DNA of 63,336 bases, the filler included, from Choristocarpus tenellus KU-1152 (taxonomy: Eukaryota; Protista; Phaeophyceae): the NCBI GenBank assembly GCA_964200185.2. It is 11 parts of 11 records of this genome, joined end to end, with 100 filler letters (N's around TTAATTAATTAA, not from the genome) between each part and the next. Parts side by side here need not be neighbours in the genome. Positions count along the whole stretch, not along the records: positions 36,885 to 44,721 come from CAXNAD020005508.1; positions 44,822 to 51,211 come from CAXNAD020008241.1; positions 51,312 to 54,531 come from CAXNAD020021448.1; 8 more parts are not named here. The stretch is one strand, 5' to 3'. This document shows, in pieces, positions 40,601-51,377 of this stretch; the first letter of the stretch is position 1; the number at the start of each line of letters is the position of its first letter. Under the pieces are notes generated by a model. The model was given only the letters and a program-made list of their open reading frames with translations, did not search any database and had not been told where the DNA came from. Both the position numbers and the translations under genes were made by a program.

Positions 40601-43600
40601 TATTCCCCCAGAATCTCTTCCAAAGTTGAAGTATGCTGGGATGTTTCCAAGGTTTGATAACCTGAAAAGAAAAGAATGTGTACAAGGACGATTAGTTGAA
40701 GTAATTATTAAACAAAGACTAGGGACAGTGCCACACTAAGTAGCGTGTCAAAATCTTCTGCGTAATCAGTTGACAAAGACTTCCAACTCCAGCACCTCAA
40801 AAATACATTGAAGAGAAGTACAATACATTACCCATCTATACATGCATCGAAACATTCATCAGTCTATGCCCGTGTAGACTGTCAAGACATACTCCTAGGT
40901 TGTACCTAACCCATTTGGTCGTCAACCAAGAGAATATATTTTCTGATCCCAATCTTGCTTAGAAAATACTCAATCCAACGTTGGTTATATGCTCGGCAGT
41001 TGTGGTGGTTTTCTGCTACAGCCAACCCAAACATTCTTAGGAAGAGCAATTTACCTGATGGTCTGGTACATTGTGTCTCCAACATGACAGCCAGGAAAAA
41101 CTAGTCTCTGCCCATTTTGGTTCGTAGATAGAGCTCCCTTGGCCAGATACTGTTCCCCAGAGAATGTGTGTCCCGCAATACGAATGCAAACGCACCAAGG
41201 TGGTTGAAGAGTGACATCTTTCACCAGTCTGCCAAGTGCCATGGTGATGAGCCCATCATTATCAATGCACAAGTTGTTGGACAAGTGAACCACCATTGAA
41301 ATATGCCTTCAAGCTTTGGGATACAAAGAGCACCAAATGACTACATTTTCAAATCAGGAAGCTTACTTATAACATGTTTGCACCAATCTAAAATTAATAC
41401 ACAGAGACATGTGTTGTTCCAAGAATGTATCTATATTGCCAGTGGATTCGCGGTAATTGACATGTCTTGGTTATTGAATCAAACTATCTTAGAGCGTAAA
41501 TCCACGTCCGTTTGGGGGCCAAAATCCAATGTTGCAATTTTGATGTAATTTTGGCTATCGTGTTTGTTAGGAAGTGTCAATGTCCTTGTTCCCGACACAT
41601 ACCTTTTCATAGTGTATACATTTTACCTACTCCAAATATTTTGGAGTAGGTAAATTATCATAAACCCTGTGGGAAGCCAAGCCCCAAATGGACAAATAGG
41701 GAAAAACTCCTACCCTCTAAGATACTTTTGCTCAAGGTTCATCACAAACCTATAGGAAAATTGATCAATCATATAGTTCACACAAGAGTATAGCTCGTGA
41801 AATAAAGCAGCCCACAGAGCATTGCATCCAATAATTCATTCCAAAAAATAATAGTTCATTTTTTGCTGATTCACGTTTAGATATACAAAAAAATATATTG
41901 CATAGATCACTGGAGAACTGGTAGAGATTCACTGCAAATCACAGTTTTGTGATAGAGGACAATGTACATGTGCAATAGTGGATAAGGTTATCCCCCTGAA
42001 AAACTTCTGGTTGCCTACACAATACAAATTGAACCAAATGTAATATTTCCTCAGCAGGAAAAGACAGTACACAGATAACTAACCTGAAGGTTTGTTGATT
42101 CTTTGGAGATACAAATGCCTCCAGTTCCTCAAAGTAGTAGCAGTTGCGCTTAGTTGGTGTGAGGGTCATACGAAATGATACAGCCCCACCAGGAGGAATA
42201 TCCACCTCCTTCGGTGCAACATCAAAGCCTCCATTAAAAACTTCCACGTTCCACAGAACTTGTACCTAGAAGATTTGCATTACATGGGCAGAAACAATCC
42301 AATTTTGGAAAGGAGCAGACAATATGTGGGCAAAGTGTTGCCGCATGCAATTTAGCATAGGGTAGCGTACTAGGGTTGAGAGTTGAAAGTAGAATTATTG
42401 ATGAGAAAAGGCATAAGCGCCGACTTAGACTTGAATTCAAGATTAGGGTTGCATTACGGAAACAAAATATTTTCAATACATTTTTGTGGAAGATTGAGAA
42501 TGTGTCAAAATAGATCTTGGCATTTTATTATTGCTGTTTCCGGGAGTGTTATGGTTCATGGAAGAGCTCAACACAACAAAACTAACCCTAACCCTAAGAG
42601 CTCAACACAACTTTGTTGCCAGAGATAATATTGCTGACCTTGGCATTGGTGGTGTTTGTCATCATCACTGTCTTGCTTGCACTTTCTGGAACATACCCGA
42701 AATCCATCAGAGATTGGTCCAGAGTGATCTGGTTGCAATCTTTATCTTAAAGAACAGAGTGGCAAACGTAACATGTTCTTTTGATTGATTCCACATGTAA
42801 TAGGGACCTTCAGTAAACAATGAGAAGCTATGATAGTACAGAGCAGAAACAATGCATCTCCTCCTTTCCTTCTTGGTGACAATTTCAATAAGTTTCTGTA
42901 TTCTGGTGCAAGCGATGGTCAAGGCTTCCCAGCCCACCTGTTGAAGGATATTAGATTCTTCAAGGTACAATGTTTCCCATCAGTTCCGGCAAAGACAGAC
43001 TCACATCCGCAGGAATGAGGAAAAAAAGAGCATATTGGTACTATCAGTCATTGCACTCATTTCCTGTGGTGCTACAGATCCCTTAAATTATATATCGAAG
43101 TTTCAACAACACCTGATTTATGAGGGGAGAAAATGAGACCATTCAACCAAAAACTGGTTTGGGGGATGAATATATTTTTGTTAACGGAGCGTAAATGAAA
43201 CATGAACATATCCAATACTTTCTTTACCATAGAAGATTCTAGCAACAACTTACAGAAAAACTAAAACAATGCGGTTTATTTGAAGGATAAGTGAAACAGG
43301 TGTTACAACAAGTAGGGTCTTGATATTGCAACTAAGAATTATTTGTAAAACCTGCAATGTAACACAACCATAATAGACGTATTCTCTCGGAAAAAACACA
43401 AAGAAGTTTTTTTGCAAGTCAGGTTAATATCCCCTGTAAAGAAGCACTGTGTTATAGCTGCAGTTCAATTGGCCAGGACATCTACAATATTTCCAAGATG
43501 TACCATCGATACTCATTTGTACATGAAGGGAAATGATGCTACAGCTGATATTTCTATTGGTCACCAACATCTTGTCCTGTGATGCAATCTGCATTCCATG

Positions 43601-44310
43601 ACTAGTGTGGGGAACAGTATATTGCTGTAATCAAGCAAAACCATACACATCTACTAACACCGCTGCAATAGTATAAACCAAAGCATCCCACAACCCATAC
43701 TAAGAGAATCAGATGCTCTCATTGCACTACATTATCCCACATAATATATTGGAGAACCCTATCACAATCTGCCCAACATTTCACTCTGGTACATCTTACA
43801 AGACAGGTTAGGAGACCATGATTCCACCACCAAGAGATCTGAGAGATATCCTGTCCCAGTTGATGTGGGATACTAGTACAAGGCCAGTCGTCAAGTGGAT
43901 CTCTGAGAAGAAGATGCATTCTACTTCAGTGGCAAATGAATGATGATCCTGACACTCAGTTCACCTATTGATCAAGTGCTCATGAAGTAATGTTGTTGAA
44001 TTTTTCAAGATACTCGAAATGTGATATCACAACATGAATCAATGGATATCAGTTTATCACTACAAGGAAGATCATTGGCCTGCACAACATTTCCGCCGGC
44101 TTTCAAGAGGAATCCATCCTTATCCACTGTACTGCAGAAATATCATGTACTCCACTTTTCACTTGGCTACAAGCAATTGTTGCCAATCAATATTTTCACA
44201 CCTGTTGGATCAATAAAAAATTCAGAGGCCACAGCAATCTGGTTCCGTGAAGCTTCCCCACTTCTAGTCAAATGTCGGGAAGCAGTTGATTGATTCAAGG
44301 GAGGTGTACC
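37643..44310 (-). CDS. CFAP65: Cilia- and flagella-associated protein 65 (CCDC108), partial, 9 internal exons plus one micro-exon
   Basis: Phase-consistent GT-AG exons 44310-44202, 42957-42938 (micro-exon), 42728-42639, 42265-42084, 41228-41055, 40661-40553, 40378-40127, 39193-39017, 38257-38092 and 37750-37643. Motifs YYFEELEAF..KNQQTFRLVKDVTLQPPWC..GHTF, YLKPTCVG and NASRIP are typical of the tandem ASH/Ig-like domains of CFAP65. Confidence 0.88.
41476..41733 (+). mobile_element. MITE family A in a CFAP65 intron
   Basis: gaatcaaactatcttagagcgta...taccctctaagatacttttgctc; no matching TSD (TATT / AAGG). Confidence 0.92.
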
Positions 44311-44386
44311 CTGTGGGCCCACACTGTCATGTTGAGAACAATGAGGGGGGTAGATCTGAGCTATCATGTATGATGAAATACATAAA

Positions 44387-44721
44387 GAGTGAAATTATCT
44401 TAGAGGGTACAAGTTTTGCCCTGTTTGTCCATTTTGGGCTTGGCTTTCCATGGGTTCTCTTATGACATTTTCCTACTCTGAAATGTTTCGGAGTGGGGAA
44501 AGTGTATACGTCATGAAAAGGTGTGTCCAGAACATGGATGAGTGGAAGTATCTTAGAGGGTACGATTTTTGCCCTGTTTGTCCATTTGGGACTTGGCTTC
44601 TCACGGGTTTCTAATGACATATTATTCACTCCAAAATGTTTTGGAGTAGGTAAGATGTATACGTTATGAAAAGGAGTGTCCAGAACAAGGATATTGACAT
44701 CTCCTAACGAACATTATAGCC
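44387..44721 (-). mobile_element. Two family A MITEs, nested or tandem, truncated by contig end
   Basis: First copy runs 44387-44539 and stops at aacatggat; a second TIR gagtggaagtatcttagagggta starts at 44540 in the same orientation. Confidence 0.88.
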
Positions 44722-44821
44722 NNNNNNNNNNNNNNNNNNNNNNNNNNNNNNNNNNNNNNNNNNNNTTAATTAATTAANNNNNNNNNNNNNNNNNNNNNNN
44801 NNNNNNNNNNNNNNNNNNNNN

Positions 44822-47183
44822 CCGACTGCTTCAATCAGAGGCCCCTCGATGCCCCAGCGGTGATCTCCCTCCCCCAACCGACCCTCAAGGGTGGGGCAGC
44901 TCTTCACCATGCCATCCCCTGTAATAACAACATCCCGCTTGCTGTGGTCTGAACCCCTATCTGAGAATACCTGACAACGAACGCAAAGCACACACAAATA
45001 AAAAAATTAATTAAATTGAAGAATTGAGAAGTATATATATTAGAACTTACTCAAAAGTAGTACGATATCAATACCAACACCAACACCGCACGACCAGGCT
45101 TCGGTTTTCCTACCCACACATGAGGCGTCTACTTTCTGTCCAGAAACTGTGACATGCAACTCAAGTAAGTACACCATGAACCAACAACACGCAGCACCAG
45201 TACAAGCACAACATAACACAACATAAAAAATGTGCATGCGTGTGCTTGTTACTCCAATGTGCTGGGCTAGTGCAATCTCCCACACTAATTTAAATAAATA
45301 AATAATAATGCAGTCACAAGTTATTTTTCAAAACAGTTAAGGTATACTGCAAGTGATTGAATACCTGACAACGAACGCAAAGCAATGGGGTGTTCAATCA
45401 CCTTGATGGCGAATTTGACAGTGATGTCTGGGTTATCTCTGAGTATCTTGCTGTAGCATCCCTCTGCACTCTGTAGCATATACTTCTTTGTCATAGAGTA
45501 CATCTGCATTACCAAGGGGTCATGGTAGTTCATGAGGGAGTCTTTTGTGTAACCCTTCTACTGGAAATACCACAGGTGTTAGTCACCGGTAGCATGAGGA
45601 GACGGAAGTATTTTAAAAAATAACCCTAACCCTAAGTATTAGCACAGAGAGCAAACTAAACAAACACGAAAATCTAATAATGACTATAATGCTAACAACA
45701 ATACTAACAATAACTATAGTACAAACAATCATAACAACAACAATAAAGATGTAAATAATCTGAGTATTTCTATTTTATCCACCTCAAGGACATCCAATAC
45801 TCACCCAACACACACCACTCTACACACAAATACATACATACATAACTACATACATACATGCCACACCACACACAAATTTCAAACTCAGAGTACACAACAC
45901 CTACATTGCACACACAAGCACTACTGTCACACCTGGACTCTGTTTGTAAACTTCCCTAGGTGAGAGCAGTCCCTCCACAGTCTGTTGATACGTGGTGTGT
46001 TCTTATGTACTGTCAGTTGTCCACGAAGATAAGCTCTGTGCTGGTCACCAAAGCTGAGAGTTGGATCAGGGTTATGGCTTGGGTCAGGGTTAGGGTTAGG
46101 GTTTAGGGACGTGCAGGGGTTACATTGTTCTAGCTCTTGGTTGGAACTTCATGCGTGTTGAGATTAAATGTGGGGGGCAGGGGAGGGGGAAGGAGGATGC
46201 CCATTGGGTCAGCAGCATGGTACTGGCCAAATGAGGTGATTGAAGGGACACTTCATCTTCAAACAAAGTCAGGGAAGCAATTCCGTAACGCTACCTGACA
46301 GGAGCAATAGAGGAAGATTCATCAAAACGTAAACTCAGGTAAAGTCAAGTAAAATTAAGTGAAGTAAAGTAAAGTAAAGTAAAGTAAAGCGAAGTGAAGT
46401 GAAGAGAAGCAAAATAAAGTAAAGTAAAATAAATTAAAGTAAAGTAAAGTAAATTGAAGTAAAATTAAGTGAAGTAAAGTAAAGTAAAGTAAAGTAAATT
46501 GAAGTAAAATGAAGTGAAGTAAAGTAAAGTAAAGTAAAGTAAAGCGAAGTGAAGTGAAGAGAAGCGAAATGAAGTAAAGTAAAATAAAGTAAAGTAAAGT
46601 AAAGTAAAGTGAACTAAAATGAAGTGAAGTAAAGTAAAGTGAAGTGAAGTGAAGCAAAATGAAGTGAAGTAAAATGAAGTAAAGGAAAGTAAAGTAAAAT
46701 AAAATAAAGTAAACTAAACTAAAGTAAGAGGAGTTCACACGTGCATACCTTAGCAAACAAGAAGAGTCATCAGCAACATCAACATCAACACTAACAACAG
46801 TATTATTAGTCTCCAACTACTTCAACCAGCGTCACCATACAGGGAACCATTATTTCAAATTGGTAAACGACAAATTTTGAAATTTCCAATATTTTTCCCA
46901 CCAAATCAAAAATTCACAAGTCAGCAGAGTGGCTTAACACTGTGTATCTATCTTCCCCCGGAATGTTAAAAAAAGAAATCTCACTTATACCGTCAGTCTT
47001 TTCTTAGGTCATACCGTGCCACTGAATAAACCCTAACCCTAACCCTAACCCTAACCCTAACCCTAACCCTAACCCTAACCCTAAGCTATTTAAAACACTC
47101 AAAATAAGAAAAAAAGGTAACACTACACACCATTCAAGCATACAACGGATATATAGCATTACATCACTCCCGCTTATACATTA

Positions 47184-47214
<31 letters not shown>

Positions 47215-48151
47215 TGCCCATAGTGTCGCAGTAATATGGACATTCTTCATAGATATTGTTCTTACATTAGAAGCACCCCACCACCCCCCCGTTGGCAATC
47301 AGTGAATGCCCATGTCCGTCAGTCAAGAAACACTAAGAATAAAAACATGATCAATCAAGAGCCATCACAACAACAAAAACATGGATGCACAACCATCAAT
47401 TTCACCTAACCCTAACCCTAAGAAAAATAGACTTACAACAAAAAATATATGTTCATTTAGATACCTAAAGGTGATGATGTCATACTTCCTCAGTTCTTGT
47501 ACCTCCAGCCAACCAAGGGAAAGATCTCCAAACAAAACATCCAGGTCCCCATACGCCCAGTGGGAGTATCCCTCCAGGTATTCTCGGAAAACCCACCCTA
47601 GCGTGGGCTTAAAATCTATCAAAAAGTAGCCATTCTATATTTTGTATGTTTGGGGAGGGGGGAAGGGTACAAAAAAACACAAAAGTTGTTCAGTTCAACT
47701 GGGCATACTTACCAGCAACATTTTCAGTGAAGTGGATAAATCGTGTTTGGTACCCAATCACCAGAGCAATCCAAGTAGACCTCTTGTGGAAAAAAAAAAA
47801 AACTGGCAGGAAGCAAAAAAGAAAAAAAAGAGACATCGAATTCTGAATTTTGATATTTTAAAAAAAATTGATACTTCAAAGAAGTGCTGAATCAATGCAC
47901 GGAGATAGTTTTTCTGTTAAAGAGAACAAGCTCAGTTGAATGAAATAAAAATTATCTTGATAGTGCAGTACAAAAGGTGTGCATTTACTGCACAAAAAAA
48001 TATCTAACCCTAAACCTAACCAATATCTAACAAAAATAAAAATCATACTCATGATAATGACATATGGATGCAGTGACAACCCAAAAATAGGCACGCCAAC
48101 ACCGCTTCATATGACCAGTTCAAGACATCCTGCACCCCAATTTCTTCTCAT

Positions 48152-48182
<31 letters not shown>

Positions 48183-50482
48183 CACACAGCATATGATGAT
48201 TCAAGCAAAACAGAACAGTCTATCCACAAACATCATATTGGCAGGAAACATCAATTAACAAATGTACAGCAATAGTAATGCCGCACAACAGACTCTTCCA
48301 AAGGCAGAGAGAAACGAACACTTGCAAGAAGGAGCCTTCAACTTAACACAACAGACTCTTCCAAAGGCAGAGAGAAACAAACACTTGCAAGAAGGAGCCT
48401 TCAACTTATCGATAGTAGTAGTAAGAAGTGTCAATAGTAGTGACAATAGTAATAGTAGAAGTAATAGTAATAGTACAATTTGATGCACACAGTAGTAATA
48501 GTAGTAATGGTAGTAACACTACTGCACTACCTGCTAGCAAAGTATTGCATCAATCATGGAAGCATCTACCATTACCTACAGATAACCATCATCACTGTTA
48601 TGCCCTAACCCTAATCTTAAGAGGAGATCATGAATATATATTCATACTATTTCACCATTTCTCACACTTGAACATACAAAAAGAACTGAGCACAATCAAG
48701 GAGAACAATTCCTACAGAGACAACACTTCCTGCCTGTTATTCTGCTCAAAATCCAGCAAGGCACTCTATGGACTAAAGAGATATAACTAACACTAACTCT
48801 TAATATGGTCAGTGTTTCAGAAGGGTTAGGGTCACAAAAAAAACTCTCTTGCTCTTTCTTGAGTTTGCCAGTCTATTGACATTCTTCAAGACTCTGGACC
48901 TGGATCTTGAGGGAGTATAACAGGGTATGACAGTAGCAGTAACGTCTTGGAAAGGCGCCATCTTCTGTCATCAAACAAATTCAACTATTATTGTGCAAAC
49001 AGCTCCCACAAGAACATGTTGCCTCTGTGCCAGGGTTGTGGAGAATATATAGAAACTTGCTCTCAATGTTGCACCAGATCAAATTTCTTTAAACTCTATT
49101 AATGTCATTTTATATCTAGTCAAGCTCAAAATACGCCAGTTTTGGTACACCCCGTCAACATATTTGAAACCAAGACTGTCAAAAAGGAACTTATCTTTAA
49201 GAGGTATATTATAACAGGGCTGTGAGCCTGCCTGCCCTCCATGAGACTACAATCACATTAATGGCAGCACATATTTACCACACAAAATGTACATGATAAC
49301 AAGATCAATCAACCTTTTGTCAGTTGACTGCCAAGGAAAACATGCAAATGGAATCTCTCCCTCACCTTCTTCAAGAGCTTTTCGATGAAGAGACCCGACA
49401 GGCTGCGGTCCACCTTTGGTGTAATCCCAAAAGTGTCCTCTACTGAGCTATTGAAGAAATCAGCTGGAAATTCCTGCGGCCGCTCATCAGCGTCAGCAGG
49501 ATAAACAATTCCCGCCAGCTTCCACGCCATATTTTTGAGAGACATTGGGACCATGCGTACATTGGGAGGTGTAGAAATATCGGCCAGCTCCTATTGTCAT
49601 GTTTTTTAGCGGCAGTGTATGGGTGTCTTGTTTAGATTTGTTGCGTACGGTTGCCAGATGTCGGGGCAGAGTCTCGCGGACATACCTGCGAGTCGGTTGT
49701 CACATGAAGTGAATAGGTGAGTCAGGAAAGGGTTGGCGGCACCGAGCTACCATAAACAAAAAATCCTCCATCCGATGAATATCAAATAATCCATTTTGAA
49801 AATGTTTCCATTTGATTCGTGTGTTTGGTGCGTCGAGGAGATATGAACGATGAAACTCCTTTTTTGTCCGTACTGTCATTGTTGAATAGAACATTGACGG
49901 TAACTTTGAGGAACACATTGCAACAAGGATCATTCATCCACGGCATGCCAACGCCAACGATGGTATGTAACAACAAGCTTGATATTGTAGCCCACATCAG
50001 CGGGAATCGAACCGCTCGGGGAAACTCAGATCCTCACTTCCCAGGATCACTGAGTGAGTTGCCCCAATGTATTTCCTCACCTCAGTGCAAAACACAATCC
50101 AGTCCACGAGGTCAGAGCTCGCCATGGCCAGTTCTGCGAACGTATCGAACCAGGCCGGAAGACTCGAGCCAATGTAGGGGATTACCACCGCCAATCTCAT
50201 TTCTTCGTAGTCTTCCTCCACAACACCCACACTGTTCAGCCTTGCATGGGACCTCTTCCCCCGCAACAGAGGCGATCGGACAGTCCCTGTCTTCTCATCA
50301 CCCTCAGGAGGCAAAGATGGGTGTTGCTGTTGCTGTCCTAGTTTGAACTTTTGTATGTACGGAGTATCTACAGCAAGGAAGTGCACTACTACCATTTCTA
50401 TTATCACTATCAATACAATGATGGTGGCAAATGACTTTGGGGACCACCATGACGCAACTCTCGCAACTATGTTTCTTCCCAT
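44822..50482 (-). CDS. Type II membrane protein with DUF6625-like domain (putative glycosyltransferase), 3'-partial, 6 exons
   Basis: Exons 50482-50081, 49590-49366, 47634-47465, 46053-45933, 45503-45402 and 44970-44822 are GT-AG and phase consistent. N-terminal TM FATIIVLIVIIEMVVVHFL; motifs VVIPYIG..LPAWF, DWIVF, PPNV, LIDFKPTLGWVFREYLEGYSHWAYGDLDVLFG and YLRGQLT. Confidence 0.85.
46339..46727. repeat. Intronic pentanucleotide satellite (AAAGT/GAAGT)n
   Basis: About 390 bp of mixed aaagt, gaagt and aaaat units. Confidence 0.97.
47031..47084. repeat. Interstitial telomere-type repeat (CCCTAA)9
   Basis: Nine perfect units inside an intron of the DUF6625-like gene. Confidence 0.97.
48284..48408. 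repeat. 63-bp tandem duplication (2 copies, 1 mismatch)
   Basis: cacaacagactcttccaaaggcagagagaaac(g/a)aacacttgcaagaaggagccttcaactta at 48284 and 48347. Confidence 0.95.
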
Positions 50483-50822
50483 CGTTTATGAGAAGGATGG
50501 ACAAAGATTGTATTCTTTCGCCGGCCAGGGCACAGGCCCACCATGGGTTTAGCAATCATGCAAGGTGGACAACCAGGGTTCTGCCACTAGTAACAACAAC
50601 ACAAGGCTATGTTCCTTGTAAGGTCCTAGACCTGTTAAGGTTGATTCCTGTAATATTCCCAAATTCCAATAAAATACAACAAAGTAATTAATTGTAGCAA
50701 TACTGGTACGAAAGAATGAAATCGGAGAGTAGTGTAATAAAGGGGCATTTTCATTTGTCAACCTTTCGTCAATCTACGCATACATACCGCATTCAAAACT
50801 GTTGTACATAAAACCATATCAT

Positions 50823-51211
50823 ATTATTTCATTATTATGCCCTCTGACATGATGTGTCAGGGAGAAACCAATGAAAACAATATATATGTGTGTGTGTGGT
50901 TACTTTAATTCTATGTTGTACGCCGTACTTGCAATGTAGTTTTCATTGGTTTCCCCCCGACACATCTGCAAAATGTCAGAGGGCATAATAATAAAATAAC
51001 AGTATATATATGTCGTTATTAGCCCTAAAGAAATAAAATATCCTAAACATAAGCATAACAACACTATAAAACATTGTAAGTGTGGAAACAACTAACCAGT
51101 TACTTCACCACTATCAAATACTGTACTACTGTCTTCCTTAGCTTCACATCTATCTACTCCTGTGCCCCGGGGGGGGGAAGCTAAGGAAGCATCCCAAGAA
51201 TCCAACAGACC
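50823..51211 (-). repeat. Family C copy carrying an inverted inserted 3'-tail
   Basis: Colinear with 16420-16685 except for an extra segment at 50890-51013 that contains the hairpin tail in the opposite orientation. Confidence 0.8.
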
Positions 51212-51326
51212 NNNNNNNNNNNNNNNNNNNNNNNNNNNNNNNNNNNNNNNNNNNNTTAATTAATTAANNNNNNNNNNNNNNNNNNNNNNNNNNNNNNNNN
51301 NNNNNNNNNNNGTCAATTTTGGGTCA

Positions 51327-51377
51327 AGCCCATCCTCAATGAAAAGCTCCATCCTCAATTTTTGAAATCGGTTGTTC
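51327..51377 (+). mobile_element. Family D right end near contig start
   Basis: cccatcctcaatgaaaagctccatcctcaatttttgaaatcggttgtt. Confidence 0.75.

Noticed and set aside
46355-46816. 153-aa hydrophobic ORF (YFTLL repeats) resembling a membrane protein
   Set aside because: It is the translation of a pentanucleotide satellite inside an intron.
47031-47084. True telomere
   Set aside because: Only 9 units, with exons of one gene on both sides.
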